Positions 11,219-20,579 of a stretch of 64,000 nt of DNA are shown here, one piece after another (the stretch's first letter is position 1; every line of letters begins with the position of its first letter). The DNA lies in contig CAVXEP010000010.1 in NCBI GenBank assembly GCA_963760795.1, positions 32,001 through 96,000 of the forward strand, written 5' to 3'. The notes below the pieces were generated by a model. The model ran no database searches, had not been told where the DNA came from, and saw only the letters and a list, made by a program, of their open reading frames with translations. A program made the position numbers and the translations under genes. Origin of the DNA: an uncultured delta proteobacterium (GTDB taxonomy: Bacteria > Desulfobacterota > Binatia > UBA9968).

Positions 11219-11233
11219 GCAATGGCAATGCCA
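11219..11233 (-). promoter_or_regulatory. Sigma54 (-24/-12) promoter for the HTH_17 and kinase genes
   Basis: Minus strand reads TGGCAT-TGCCA-TTGC (GG-N10-GC), ending about 24 nt upstream of the ATG. Confidence 0.65.
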
Positions 11234-11514
11234 GGTGACAAAAACCTAAGCTCTTGTATTTTAAGCTTTTTATCAGGGAGCGATGGTGCGATTTAGCACC
11301 CTTGGCAACAAATTTGAACAAGTCGATACTGCGGGGGCCAATAGCGGGCGGCGCGGTCAAATCTGCGCCGCAGCGCAGCACATTGCCGGCCAAAACTAGC
11401 TCAATGTGACCCCATCCACAGAGTACGCCGGATGGAATCGGGCTAAGCGGAAAACCCAGGTAACGATGATTACCGCGATGTCCTGGAAAGCGGTTTAGAT
11501 CGATGCAGGAAGCA

Positions 11515-13446
11515 TCACTGGCGGTAGAGTAGCGCCCCAGCGTTGGTGGTGTCGTAGCCGCCCAAAGCGCTGACCGCGCCCTTGAAGCCGCCAGAACAGA
11601 TCGTCGCCAGCAGCAACTCGCCGCGCGGAGATTCGAAAAATCGCCGCGCGATGAGCAAGTCATATTGCTCGTTGGCGACGGGAATGAAGTCCAATGCCAA
11701 CGCCTGCGCCGCGGCGCGCACACCTAAACCGGCATCGGCCAAGCCGCTCGCCACCGCAACGCCAACCGCCATGTGAGTAAACTCTTCGCGCTCGTACCCG
11801 GCGATCGCTGCGCCCTCGATGTTTAGCTTCTTGAGTTCGAAATCCAATAATACCCGCGTGCCCGAGCCCGGCTGGCGATTGACGAAGCGAATATCGTGAC
11901 GCGCAAGGTCCTGCAAGCCGCGCAGCGCTTTCGGATTGCCGCGGCTGACGATGATGCCCTGCTCGCGCTGCGCCAGATGAACCAGGACGACCGGAACATT
12001 GGGAATCGCCCGCTGAATATCTGGAATGTTGTAGACGCCGCTGGCGGGATCGAGCAGATGAGTGCCGGCGATGTGAGTCTCGCCCCGCTGCATGGCGAGC
12101 AAGCCGCCCAAGCTGCCAACGTTAGCGGCGGCAATTTTCAATTCCGCATGGCGCAGTTTAAGTTGGTCTTCGAGCACGCCAATCGCCAGATCATGGCTGC
12201 CGGTGCAGAGAATCGTGTTCTCGACATCGACCATCGGCCGCAATAGTTCAACTTCGGCGGTTTCGCCGGCGTTGAGCCCTTCGACCAAACTGGCGATGCG
12301 CATCAAGCCGTCGGCATGCACCATCGTGGTGATCACGCCGGCGCCGCGCGCCAAAGGCACGGCGACCAATTTCTCGCCGACCCGACCCAAGGTCACGCGA
12401 ATGAACTCTTCCAAACCCAAATGAGAGGCGATTTTTTTCGGCACGATGGCGCGCACCGCCGGCAACATCGGCGCGGTATTGCCGAGAAACTTTTCCAAGG
12501 CCGGACGGAGAATTTCGCGGGCAATGACGATCGCCGACACCGGGTAACCCGGCACGCCGAGCACCGGCTTGCCATTGAGAGAACCGAGCACAGCGGGCTT
12601 GCCCGGCATCACGTCGATGCCATGGGCGAGCAATTCGCCGGCGGCGGCCACCACATCGGCGGTGAGATCATGCTCCCCCGCGGAAGAGCCGGCGATAATC
12701 GTCACCAGATCGCACTCGGCACCGGCGCGCTCGAGCGCCGCCCGCAGCAACTGCTCATCGTCGCGGGCGCGCGAATACCTGACCGGCATACCGCCCCATT
12801 CGCGGACGAAAGCCGCCAGCACCGTCGAATTGAAATCGATCACCGCGCCGGGCGTGGCTTCCTCGCCAGGTTGAATCAGCTCATCACCGGTGGGAATGAT
12901 GCCGACCCGAGGCCGCGCCTTGACCCGCACCGTCGTATGACCGGCCGCCAACAACGCGCCCAAATCGTAGGGGCGCAGCCGATGGGAACGGGGCAACAGC
13001 AGCTCGGTGGCGACGACATCTTCACCGACCAAGCGCACATGATTCCACGGCGCCACCGATTCGAAAATCTCGATGGTGGTCGCATCGACCTGGTGCACTT
13101 TCTCGATCATGATGACGGCGTTGGCCCAGGCCGGCAGCGCGTTGCCGGTATCGACATAACGAAAAGCATCGGCACGAGGAGAATCGGAATCGATCAGTGT
13201 GAGTTTCTTGGCGACGAACTCTGTCGCACCGAAGGTCTCTTCCGCGCGCACGCAGATCCCATCCATCGCCGAGGCATGATAATGCGGCGAGGAGATCTTG
13301 GCGAACACTGGCTCGGCGGTAATCCGGTCGAGGGCGTCGTCGATGGCAATCTCTTCGATCGCTAACGCCGCCGGGTTGACCGTCGACAAAAATAGCTCGC
13401 GCGCTTCGCTGAGCGGCGTTTTCTTTAAATATCTCTTACGCGCCAT
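11515..13446 (-). CDS. moeA: MoeA fused to a C-terminal periplasmic-binding-protein-like domain (MoeA-PBP)
   Basis: SAMDG, PTGDEL, GSSAG, MPGKP and PGYPVS motifs; PBP domain GSHD, AGTHL, NRQPGSGTR, THMAVG. Confidence 0.93.
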   Translation of the reverse strand: MARKRYLKKTPLSEARELFLSTVNPAALAIEEIAIDDALDRITAEPVFAKISSPHYHASAMDGICVRAEETFGATEFVAKKLTLIDSDSPRADAFRYVDTGNALPAWANAVIMIEKVHQVDATTIEIFESVAPWNHVRLVGEDVVATELLLPRSHRLRPYDLGALLAAGHTTVRVKARPRVGIIPTGDELIQPGEEATPGAVIDFNSTVLAAFVREWGGMPVRYSRARDDEQLLRAALERAGAECDLVTIIAGSSAGEHDLTADVVAAAGELLAHGIDVMPGKPAVLGSLNGKPVLGVPGYPVSAIVIAREILRPALEKFLGNTAPMLPAVRAIVPKKIASHLGLEEFIRVTLGRVGEKLVAVPLARGAGVITTMVHADGLMRIASLVEGLNAGETAEVELLRPMVDVENTILCTGSHDLAIGVLEDQLKLRHAELKIAAANVGSLGGLLAMQRGETHIAGTHLLDPASGVYNIPDIQRAIPNVPVVLVHLAQREQGIIVSRGNPKALRGLQDLARHDIRFVNRQPGSGTRVLLDFELKKLNIEGAAIAGYEREEFTHMAVGVAVASGLADAGLGVRAAAQALALDFIPVANEQYDLLIARRFFESPRGELLLATICSGGFKGAVSALGGYDTTNAGALLYRQ

Positions 13447-13495
13447 AAGCCCATTTGTTGGTTCGCAGCTCTATTCTCTGCGCTGACGCTGATCG

Positions 13496-14731
13496 TTAGA
13501 ACAGGATCACATCCACTTCCTCGCCCTGTTCGAGGCCATCTTGATTCATGCCGATGCGCACCATGCCGTCGGCCTTGACCAGAGTGAAAATCGCTCCCGA
13601 CTTACTCGGTAACGGCGTCGCGACAAAGCTCGCACCCTCACCTTCCATGACGACGCGGACGTAGTCCTCTCGGCCGATCTGCGAAGCGATGTTGGTCTTT
13701 AACTTCGCGCGCACGGTGTGACTGAAACGCTGCAAAGCGTCACGGCTCTCGCCGCCCAAGCGGCGCAGCATCGGTGCGCCGAACAAATCGAAGATCACCA
13801 GAGCGGAAACCGGATAGCCCGGCAATCCGAGGATCGGCTTGCCGCATGCTTTGGCGAAGATCGTCGGCTTGCCTGGCGCGATGGAGATGCCATGGAAAAT
13901 AAATTGCGAATCGGGAAACGACAGGATCGTTTCCAAGGCGATATCCTTGGCGCCCATGGAGCTACCGCCCGAAAGCAGCACGGCGTCCGCCCAATCGAGT
14001 GCTGCACCGATCGCCGCGGTCAACTGCGCGCGATCGTCGCGGATCACGCCCCAATCTTTGAGTTCGCTGCCAGCTTCTTCAATCAAGCCCGCCAGCGAGT
14101 GCTGGTTGATGTTACGCACCTGCCCGGGCAGCGGGTCAATTTCTGCATCGACAATCTCGTCGCCGGTGGAGATCAGCGCGACACGCGGCCGCCGATAAAC
14201 TGCAATCGATGCAATGCCGACGCCGGTAAGCGCGCCCAAATCATGGCCGCGCAGCCGCCGTCCTTGAGAAAAAACCGGCTCGCCTTTTTTGATATCGTCG
14301 CCGATTTGAATGACATTTTGCCCGGGTGACACGGCGCGATGGATTTCCACCAAGCCGCCGTCGGTTTCATCGGTGTACTCAACCATCACCACGGCGTCGC
14401 CATCAGGCGGCATCATGCCGCCAGTGGAAATGCGAATCGCTTCGCCTTTGTTGAGCGGCTGAGTCGCCTCTTTGCCCATCTCGACGACGCCGGCCAATTT
14501 TAAATAAGCCGGCAAGCTTTGACTCGCGCCAAAAGTATCTTTCGCTTTAACCGCGTAGCCGTCCATCGCCGCGCGGTGAAAATGCGGCAGATCCACCTGC
14601 GAGAAGAGATCTTCGGCCAGAACTCGACTTCTGGCGCGAACGGTCGCCACTCTTTCCGTCCCCACCGGAAGCACCTCGAGAAGAATGCGTCTGGCCTCCT
14701 GCGGCGGCTCAACTTTAAAAAAATCTTTCAG
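13496..14731 (-). CDS. moeA: Molybdopterin/tungstopterin metal insertase MoeA (gephyrin E-like), probable CTG start
   Basis: AAMDGYAV, ISTGGMMP, STGDEI, SGGSSMG, APGKP and LPGYP motifs; the frame extends upstream to (L)KDFFKV after SD GAGGGGG. Confidence 0.92.
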   Translation of the reverse strand: MKDFFKVEPPQEARRILLEVLPVGTERVATVRARSRVLAEDLFSQVDLPHFHRAAMDGYAVKAKDTFGASQSLPAYLKLAGVVEMGKEATQPLNKGEAIRISTGGMMPPDGDAVVMVEYTDETDGGLVEIHRAVSPGQNVIQIGDDIKKGEPVFSQGRRLRGHDLGALTGVGIASIAVYRRPRVALISTGDEIVDAEIDPLPGQVRNINQHSLAGLIEEAGSELKDWGVIRDDRAQLTAAIGAALDWADAVLLSGGSSMGAKDIALETILSFPDSQFIFHGISIAPGKPTIFAKACGKPILGLPGYPVSALVIFDLFGAPMLRRLGGESRDALQRFSHTVRAKLKTNIASQIGREDYVRVVMEGEGASFVATPLPSKSGAIFTLVKADGMVRIGMNQDGLEQGEEVDVILF

Positions 14732-14852
14732 ATAGCCCCCTCATGGCGGCTTATATAGAAACACTTTTGTGAACGCAAGGTAAAGCGCTGCGTGGGTTGC
14801 ATGGAACCTTTATGTCTTTCAATAATTCCATGCCTAGGATAGATGTGGCGCA

Positions 14853-15836
14853 GTGAACCAGACACGGGGAGAAGAAGCGACAGCGGTCATCCTGGCCGGC
14901 GGCAAAAGCTCGCGCATGGGTCAACCGAAAGCGCTTTTGCTCTTTGCCGGCGAGCCGTTGATCGTTCACATGGTTCGTCGACTTGGCCAATTGTTTAGCG
15001 ACACCGTTGTGGTCGCCGCTCCCGAACAGGAGCTGCCGGCGCTGCCATCGACGATCGTGCGCGACGATGTCGCGTATCAGGGCCCCGTCGGCGGCATCTA
15101 TTATGGGCTTAAAGCCGCGCGCCGAGAAATTTGTTTTGTCACTTCCTGCGACGCCCCGTTTCTGAATCTGCGCTTGATCGCTTATCTCATGGCGCAGATC
15201 TCAGACTACGATGTGGTGGTTCCCTTCACCCAGGACCGCTTTCAGCCGCTGCACGCGGTCTATCGCAAACAGGTGGCGCCACTTTTAAAAGAACAACTAG
15301 AGCGCGGTGAGCTGCGGCCGATTTTTCTCTACGACAAAGTCCGTACCCGCAAGATCACCGAAGCTGAAATGCACCCCCATGATCCGGAGGGGTTGAGCTT
15401 TCTCAACATGAATACGCCGGAAGACTATCAAGCCGCCTTGGCAAGCTGGAACGAGAGACAGAGATTCGAGATGGAGACCGGTCAAGACAGACAGAGAATT
15501 GAGATAGAGACCGCCACCGCCCCTTCTGTCTCCGACTCTCTCTCTGTCTCTAACTCTATCGCCGTCACCGTGGAACTTTTTGGCGTGGCCCAGCTACTCG
15601 CGAAGACCAAGGATGTTCCATTGTCGTTACCGCCACAGGCCACGCTGTCCGATGTTTGTCAGGCGCTTGCGGCCGAGCACCCAGTCTTGCTCGGCCGGGT
15701 CATCAATCCGAACCGGTGTAGCCTCTCGAGCGGCTATGCTTGCAACATTAACGGGCTTGAGTTTGTCAAAAATTCCAACACCAAGGTCAATCCAGGAGAT
15801 AAGATATTTATTCTTTCGGCGGATGCCGGAGGCTGA
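14853..15836 (+). CDS. mobA: MobA (Mo/W cofactor guanylyltransferase) fused to a C-terminal MoaD/ThiS sulfur carrier
   Basis: LAGGKSSRMG, GPVGGI, CDAPF, QPLHAVY and NMNTPEDY motifs; C-terminal ubiquitin-like domain (VELFG...SADAGG). Confidence 0.88.
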   Translation: MNQTRGEEATAVILAGGKSSRMGQPKALLLFAGEPLIVHMVRRLGQLFSDTVVVAAPEQELPALPSTIVRDDVAYQGPVGGIYYGLKAARREICFVTSCDAPFLNLRLIAYLMAQISDYDVVVPFTQDRFQPLHAVYRKQVAPLLKEQLERGELRPIFLYDKVRTRKITEAEMHPHDPEGLSFLNMNTPEDYQAALASWNERQRFEMETGQDRQRIEIETATAPSVSDSLSVSNSIAVTVELFGVAQLLAKTKDVPLSLPPQATLSDVCQALAAEHPVLLGRVINPNRCSLSSGYACNINGLEFVKNSNTKVNPGDKIFILSADAGG

Positions 15837-15839
15837 GCC

Positions 15840-17697
15840 ATGTATGGCTTTCACGGACGACTGCTCCATATCGATCTGAATTGCGGCACGAGTTCGTGGC
15901 GCGAGCTTGAGGAGTCGCGCCTGCGCGCATTCCTTGGCGGCATCGGACTAGGCACGAGCCTGCTCTACGAATTCGCGCCTGCAGGAGTCGATCCCTTTGC
16001 GCCCGCCAACCCGCTGATTTTCACCAGCGCGCCATTGGTCGGCACCGGTCTGACGACCACGGCGAAATTCGCCGTAGTGACGAAATCCCCGCTCACCGGC
16101 TTTATCGCCGACTCGCTGTCGTCGAGCCACTTCGCCCTCGAGCTCAAGCGCGTCGGTCTCGACGCTCTGGTGATCACCGGCCAGGCATCGTCGATGGTGT
16201 ACATCTTGATCCAAAATGACAGAGTCGAGATTAGACAAGCTGAAAACCTGAGAGGACACAGCCCGAGCGAAACCGAAACCATGATTCGCTCGGAGCTGAG
16301 CTCTCAGTCAATGCGCGTGGCGGCCATCGGTAAAGCCGGCGAGAACCTCGTGCGCTTCGCCACCATCAGCAACGAAGGGCGTCACGCCGGGCGCGGCGGG
16401 GTCGGCGCGGTGATGGGGTCGAAGAATCTCAAAGCCATCGCTCTGTGCGGCGACCGCGAGATTTCGGTGGCCGATCCAAGCGGCGTTGAGGCAATCGCCG
16501 GCTCCCTGCGCCGCCAGAGTCTTGGCTCGCTCACCGACAAGTACCGAAATATCGGCACCGTGGCCAACCTGGCGGTATTCAACCGGCTGGGAACTTTGCC
16601 GACGCGCAATTTCCAGCAGTCGACCTTTGACCACGCTGAGGCGTTGAGCGGGGAAACTCTCACCGTCAACAACTTCAGCCGCCGGCATGGCTGCGCATCC
16701 TGCACGATCCAATGTGAGCGGCTGTTCAAAGCTCTCAACGGCGAGGAGCAGCGGCTCGAATACGAAACTTTATTCGCGCTCGGGCCGCTCTGTGGCATCA
16801 AAGATCCGCAGGCGGTGCTCCACGCCGCGCAGCTCTGCGACCAATATGGCATGGACACCATCAGCACCGGCGGCACCCTCGCCTGGGCGATGGAGTGCAG
16901 CGAGAGAGGATTGTTGCCCGAAGCGGCAGAGCTCGACCTGCGCTTCGGTCAATGCGACGCTCTTTTCGCCGCCATCGGTGCTATCGCTGAGCGCCAAGGC
17001 ATCGGTGCTTTACTCGCCGAAGGCTCGCGCCGCGCCGCCATCGAAACCGGTCCAGATACTCAGTGTTGGGCGATGCATGTCAAAGGCTTGGAGCTTCCGG
17101 GCTATGAACCGCGCAGCTTGAAAACCATGGCTCTGGGTCTCGCGGTTAGCCCGCGCGGCGCCTGCCACAATCGCTCCGGCGCCTACGAGGCCGACTTTTC
17201 CGGCGATGTCGATCGTCTGCGATCCGACCCCGGCAGAGGCTCCCTTGTCGCCGCCTCCGAGGATTTCGCCGCCGTGCTCGATTCGCTGATCGTCTGTAAA
17301 TTCCTGCGCAAGTGCTTCAGCGACTTTTACCGCGAAGGCGCCGAACTGCTCAGCAAAGTCACCGGCTGGGATTGTTCCAGCGACGAGCTCAAACGCATCG
17401 GCGAACGCATTCATAACTTGAAAAAACTCTTCAATCAGCGCGAGGGCTGGCGCGCCGAAGACGACTGGCTGCCGGAGCGGCTGCTGCAGCGAAACCCTTC
17501 CCACCGGCGTCGCCCAGGGCGTGGGCCTAAGCGCCAACGATCTCCGCGAGATGATTGGCGGCTATTACCAAGCAAGGGGCTGGGATGAGAATGGGTTTAT
17601 TCCTCAGAGCAAGCTAAGGGAGCTAGGAATTGAAGCTCCGGATTCGAGTCTCGGGTTTCGGGTTGTCAACCCGAAACTCCGGAACTCGAATCTCTAA
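15840..17697 (+). CDS. aor: Canonical tungsten aldehyde:ferredoxin oxidoreductase (AOR); frameshift near 17487
   Basis: KSPLTG, AGRGGVGAVMGSKNLKAI, CASCTIQC, LEYET, CDQYGMDTIS, GACH and DSLIVC motifs; C-terminus YYQARGWDENGFIP in the shifted frame ends at TAA 17697. Confidence 0.92.
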
Positions 17698-17722
17698 ACC
17701 GCGACCATGAAAGGGGGAAACC

Positions 17723-17902
17723 ATGCCCACCGATGAAACGCGACGCGTCCTGAAAGTGTTCGGCGTTGCCGTGACTGCATTCGAGGATGCGGTCGATAAA
17801 GGTGCAGCGCCCGAGGAGCTAAAAAAGGCTGACGCCGAGCTCAAGCTACGGCTCGAAGAAGCTACCGCCCTCATTGAGCGCCTGCGCGCGCGGTTGAAGT
17901 AA
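17723..17902 (+). CDS. Small helical hypothetical protein (59 aa) ending the mobA-aor unit
   Basis: SD AAGGGGG; MPTDETRRVLKVFGVAVTAFEDAV...LIERLRARLK; absent from the ORF track. Confidence 0.7.
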   Translation: MPTDETRRVLKVFGVAVTAFEDAVDKGAAPEELKKADAELKLRLEEATALIERLRARLK

Positions 17903-18091
17903 TCCAGGATCTCCAACTGTAACCCTGCCACAGTGTGCCCCCGTCTTGCGGTCTCGTAGCGCGGACTGAAGCCGCAATTTCAACTCATATTCTGGGTTAG
18001 TTATTGTCAGTAAAAGTTATTTTTTGTAATTCTTGTTGCATTTTCTCCCAAATCGGCAATAAAGAAGAGCCGCAATCTCTCGGCGGTCGCA

Positions 18092-18991
18092 ATGAACGAA
18101 TTCTTAAATACGAAGGAAGTGGCGAAGTACATCGGGATCAATGAGAAGAAGGTCTATTTCATGGCCAAGGCCGGCAAGCTCCCATGTACGCGGGTCACCG
18201 GAAAGTGGGTTTTCCCTAAGCGGCTGATCGATGAATGGATCGAGGAAAATAGCCGGGGTATCACCAGCAGCAAAAAAACGGAGCAAAGAGAATTTCTTCT
18301 CGCGGCGGGCAGCGATGACCCGAGCCTCGGGATTCTGCGCGAACTCTACGCGGCTCGCAAGACATCTGCATCGATCTTTTTCGCGACTTCCGGAAGCAGC
18401 GGCGGATTGGCCGCGCTCCGAGACGGCGTCGCGGACTTCGCCCTATCTCATCTGCTCGATCCTGAAACCGGCGAGTACAATCTCCCCTTCGTCCGCACAA
18501 CGATTTCCTCAGGTGTCGCGCTCGTCCCGTTATTCCACCGTGAACTCGGCCTATTGCTCGGAGCGGGAAATCCTCTCGGTCTGCGAACGCTTGCCGACCT
18601 TGGACGGACCGGCGTCCGGATGATCAACCGGCAAGCAGGCTCTGGAACGCGCCACTACACGGACCAACAATTTTCCAAACTCGGCATCGACACGAAAAGC
18701 ATCAAGGGATACGACATGGCCGTCGCCACCCACCTCGAAGTCGGGTTGAAAATTCTCCGCGCAGAGGCCGACGTCGGAATCGCCTCGGGTACGGCCGCTC
18801 AGCTGCTCGGCCTCGACTTCATTCCTCTCACCCGGGAGCGATTCGATATCGTGATCCCCAAAGCGCGCTTCTTCTCTCCGGGCATTCAGGTCTTGCTCGA
18901 GATCGTCGGATCGCGCGATTTCCGCAGCCGCGTGGAAGCGTTGGGCGGCTATGACACCTCTGACTCCGGCCGGATGATCGCGTCAAGTTAA
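18092..18991 (+). CDS. TunR/TaoR-type tungstate/molybdate-responsive regulator (HTH_17 plus PBP-like domain)
   Basis: N-terminal FLNTKEVAKY...LPCTRVTGKW; PBP motifs GSDDP, NRQAGSGTR, THLEVG; directly upstream of tupABC. Confidence 0.88.
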   Translation: MNEFLNTKEVAKYIGINEKKVYFMAKAGKLPCTRVTGKWVFPKRLIDEWIEENSRGITSSKKTEQREFLLAAGSDDPSLGILRELYAARKTSASIFFATSGSSGGLAALRDGVADFALSHLLDPETGEYNLPFVRTTISSGVALVPLFHRELGLLLGAGNPLGLRTLADLGRTGVRMINRQAGSGTRHYTDQQFSKLGIDTKSIKGYDMAVATHLEVGLKILRAEADVGIASGTAAQLLGLDFIPLTRERFDIVIPKARFFSPGIQVLLEIVGSRDFRSRVEALGGYDTSDSGRMIASS

Positions 18992-19006
18992 ATCGAGGAA
19001 GTGGTT

Positions 19007-19864
19007 ATGCAAAATAAATCTTATTTCCCGACCTTGCTCGCTGTCCTGGCTTTGGTTCTGGCGGTCCCATCGCATCTTCCCGCCGGAGAAGCGGCCAGCA
19101 AAAACCTCATCCTGTCGACCACCACCAGCACCCAGGACTCGGGGCTGCTGGATGTTCTGGTGCCGCTGTTCGAGAAAAAGAGCGGCTACAGCGTAAAGAC
19201 CGTCTCGGTCGGCACCGGCCAAGCCCTCGAGTTGGCGGCCAAGGGAGAGGCAGATGTGGCGCTGGTCCATGCGCCGAGCCTGGAGAAAAAATACGTTGCC
19301 GACGGCAAGCTGCTCAATCGCCGCCTCGTCATGTACAACGACTTTATCTTGCTCGGTCCGGCGAACGATCCCGCCCAGATCAAATCGACCAAAAGCAGCG
19401 CCGAGGCGATGAAGCGGATCGCGGCGAGCGCGAACAGATTCGTCTCTCGTGGCGACAACTCCGGCACCCACAACCTTGAAAAGTCGCTTTGGAAACAGGC
19501 GGGAATTGACCCCAAGGGCGCTTGGTACATCGAGTCAGGCCAAGGAATGGGGGCGACCCTAGGCATCGCTAATGACCGGAACAGCTACACGATCACCGAC
19601 CGCGCGACCTATCTGGCCTTTCGTAAACGGGTAACTCTCGCGATCCTACTGGAAGGCGACAGGCCGCTCTTGAACATCTATTCGGTGATGGAAGTGAATC
19701 CCGCCAACGGCCCGCGAATCAACACCGCCGGGGGAAAAAACTTCGCCGATTTCATGGTCGCGCCGGAGACCCAGGCCGTGATCAAGAGCTTCGGCGTGGA
19801 AAAGTTCGGCCAGCCGCTGTTCATTCCGGTCGCGGGAATGCGCGAAGAACAGGTGGGAGAATAG
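19007..19864 (+). CDS. tupA: Tungstate ABC transporter substrate-binding protein
   Basis: Signal peptide; TTTSTQDSGL tungstate signature; GTGQAL; SRGDNSGTH. Confidence 0.95.
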   Translation: MQNKSYFPTLLAVLALVLAVPSHLPAGEAASKNLILSTTTSTQDSGLLDVLVPLFEKKSGYSVKTVSVGTGQALELAAKGEADVALVHAPSLEKKYVADGKLLNRRLVMYNDFILLGPANDPAQIKSTKSSAEAMKRIAASANRFVSRGDNSGTHNLEKSLWKQAGIDPKGAWYIESGQGMGATLGIANDRNSYTITDRATYLAFRKRVTLAILLEGDRPLLNIYSVMEVNPANGPRINTAGGKNFADFMVAPETQAVIKSFGVEKFGQPLFIPVAGMREEQVGE

Positions 19865-19865
19865 C

Positions 19866-20579
19866 GTGGAACTCGTCTGGGAAGGGATCAAGCATGCCTG
19901 CTGGCTCTTGCTCAGCCGCGATGCCGAGGTGCTCGGGATTACCCTTTTCTCGTTGCAGGTTTCCGGCGCCGCCACCGGACTATCCCTCGTCGTCGGAATT
20001 CCCCTGGGAATTTTACTCGCCATGAAGCGCTTCCCAGGCCACAGCCTCGCCGTCAGCCTGATTAATACCGGCATGGGACTCCCGCCCGTGGTCGTCGGTT
20101 TGTTCGTCACGATCTTTCTCTGGCGCAGCGGCCCGCTCGGTTATATGGAATTGCTCTACACGCCGACGGCGATGATCATCGCTCAGGTGGTGATCGCATT
20201 TCCCATCGTCGCCGGCCTGACCATGGCTGCATTCCAGAGCCTCAATCCCAATTTGCCGCTTCAGCTACTGGGAATCGGCGCATCGACCCCGCAACTCCTC
20301 TGGTTGCTCTGCAAGGAAGCCCGGCTGCCTTTGCTCGCGGCGATCATGGCCGGGTTCGGCGGAGTCATCTCCGAAGTCGGCGCATCGATGATGGTCGGCG
20401 GCAATATCCGCGGCCAGACCCGCGTACTGACGACCGCGACGGTTTTGGAAACCGGCAAAGGCAACTTTGAAATCGCCATCGCCCTCGGTTTAATTCTCCT
20501 GGTTCTCACCTTTGCGGTGAATCTTCTCCTCACCCACATTCAGCAGCGCGAGCAGATCCGATGGCCGAAGCCCTCCTAA
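19866..20579 (+). CDS. tupB: Tungstate ABC transporter permease
   Basis: MGLPPVVVGL, SEVGASMMVGGNI and TRVLTTA motifs. Confidence 0.93.
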   Translation: MELVWEGIKHACWLLLSRDAEVLGITLFSLQVSGAATGLSLVVGIPLGILLAMKRFPGHSLAVSLINTGMGLPPVVVGLFVTIFLWRSGPLGYMELLYTPTAMIIAQVVIAFPIVAGLTMAAFQSLNPNLPLQLLGIGASTPQLLWLLCKEARLPLLAAIMAGFGGVISEVGASMMVGGNIRGQTRVLTTATVLETGKGNFEIAIALGLILLVLTFAVNLLLTHIQQREQIRWPKPS

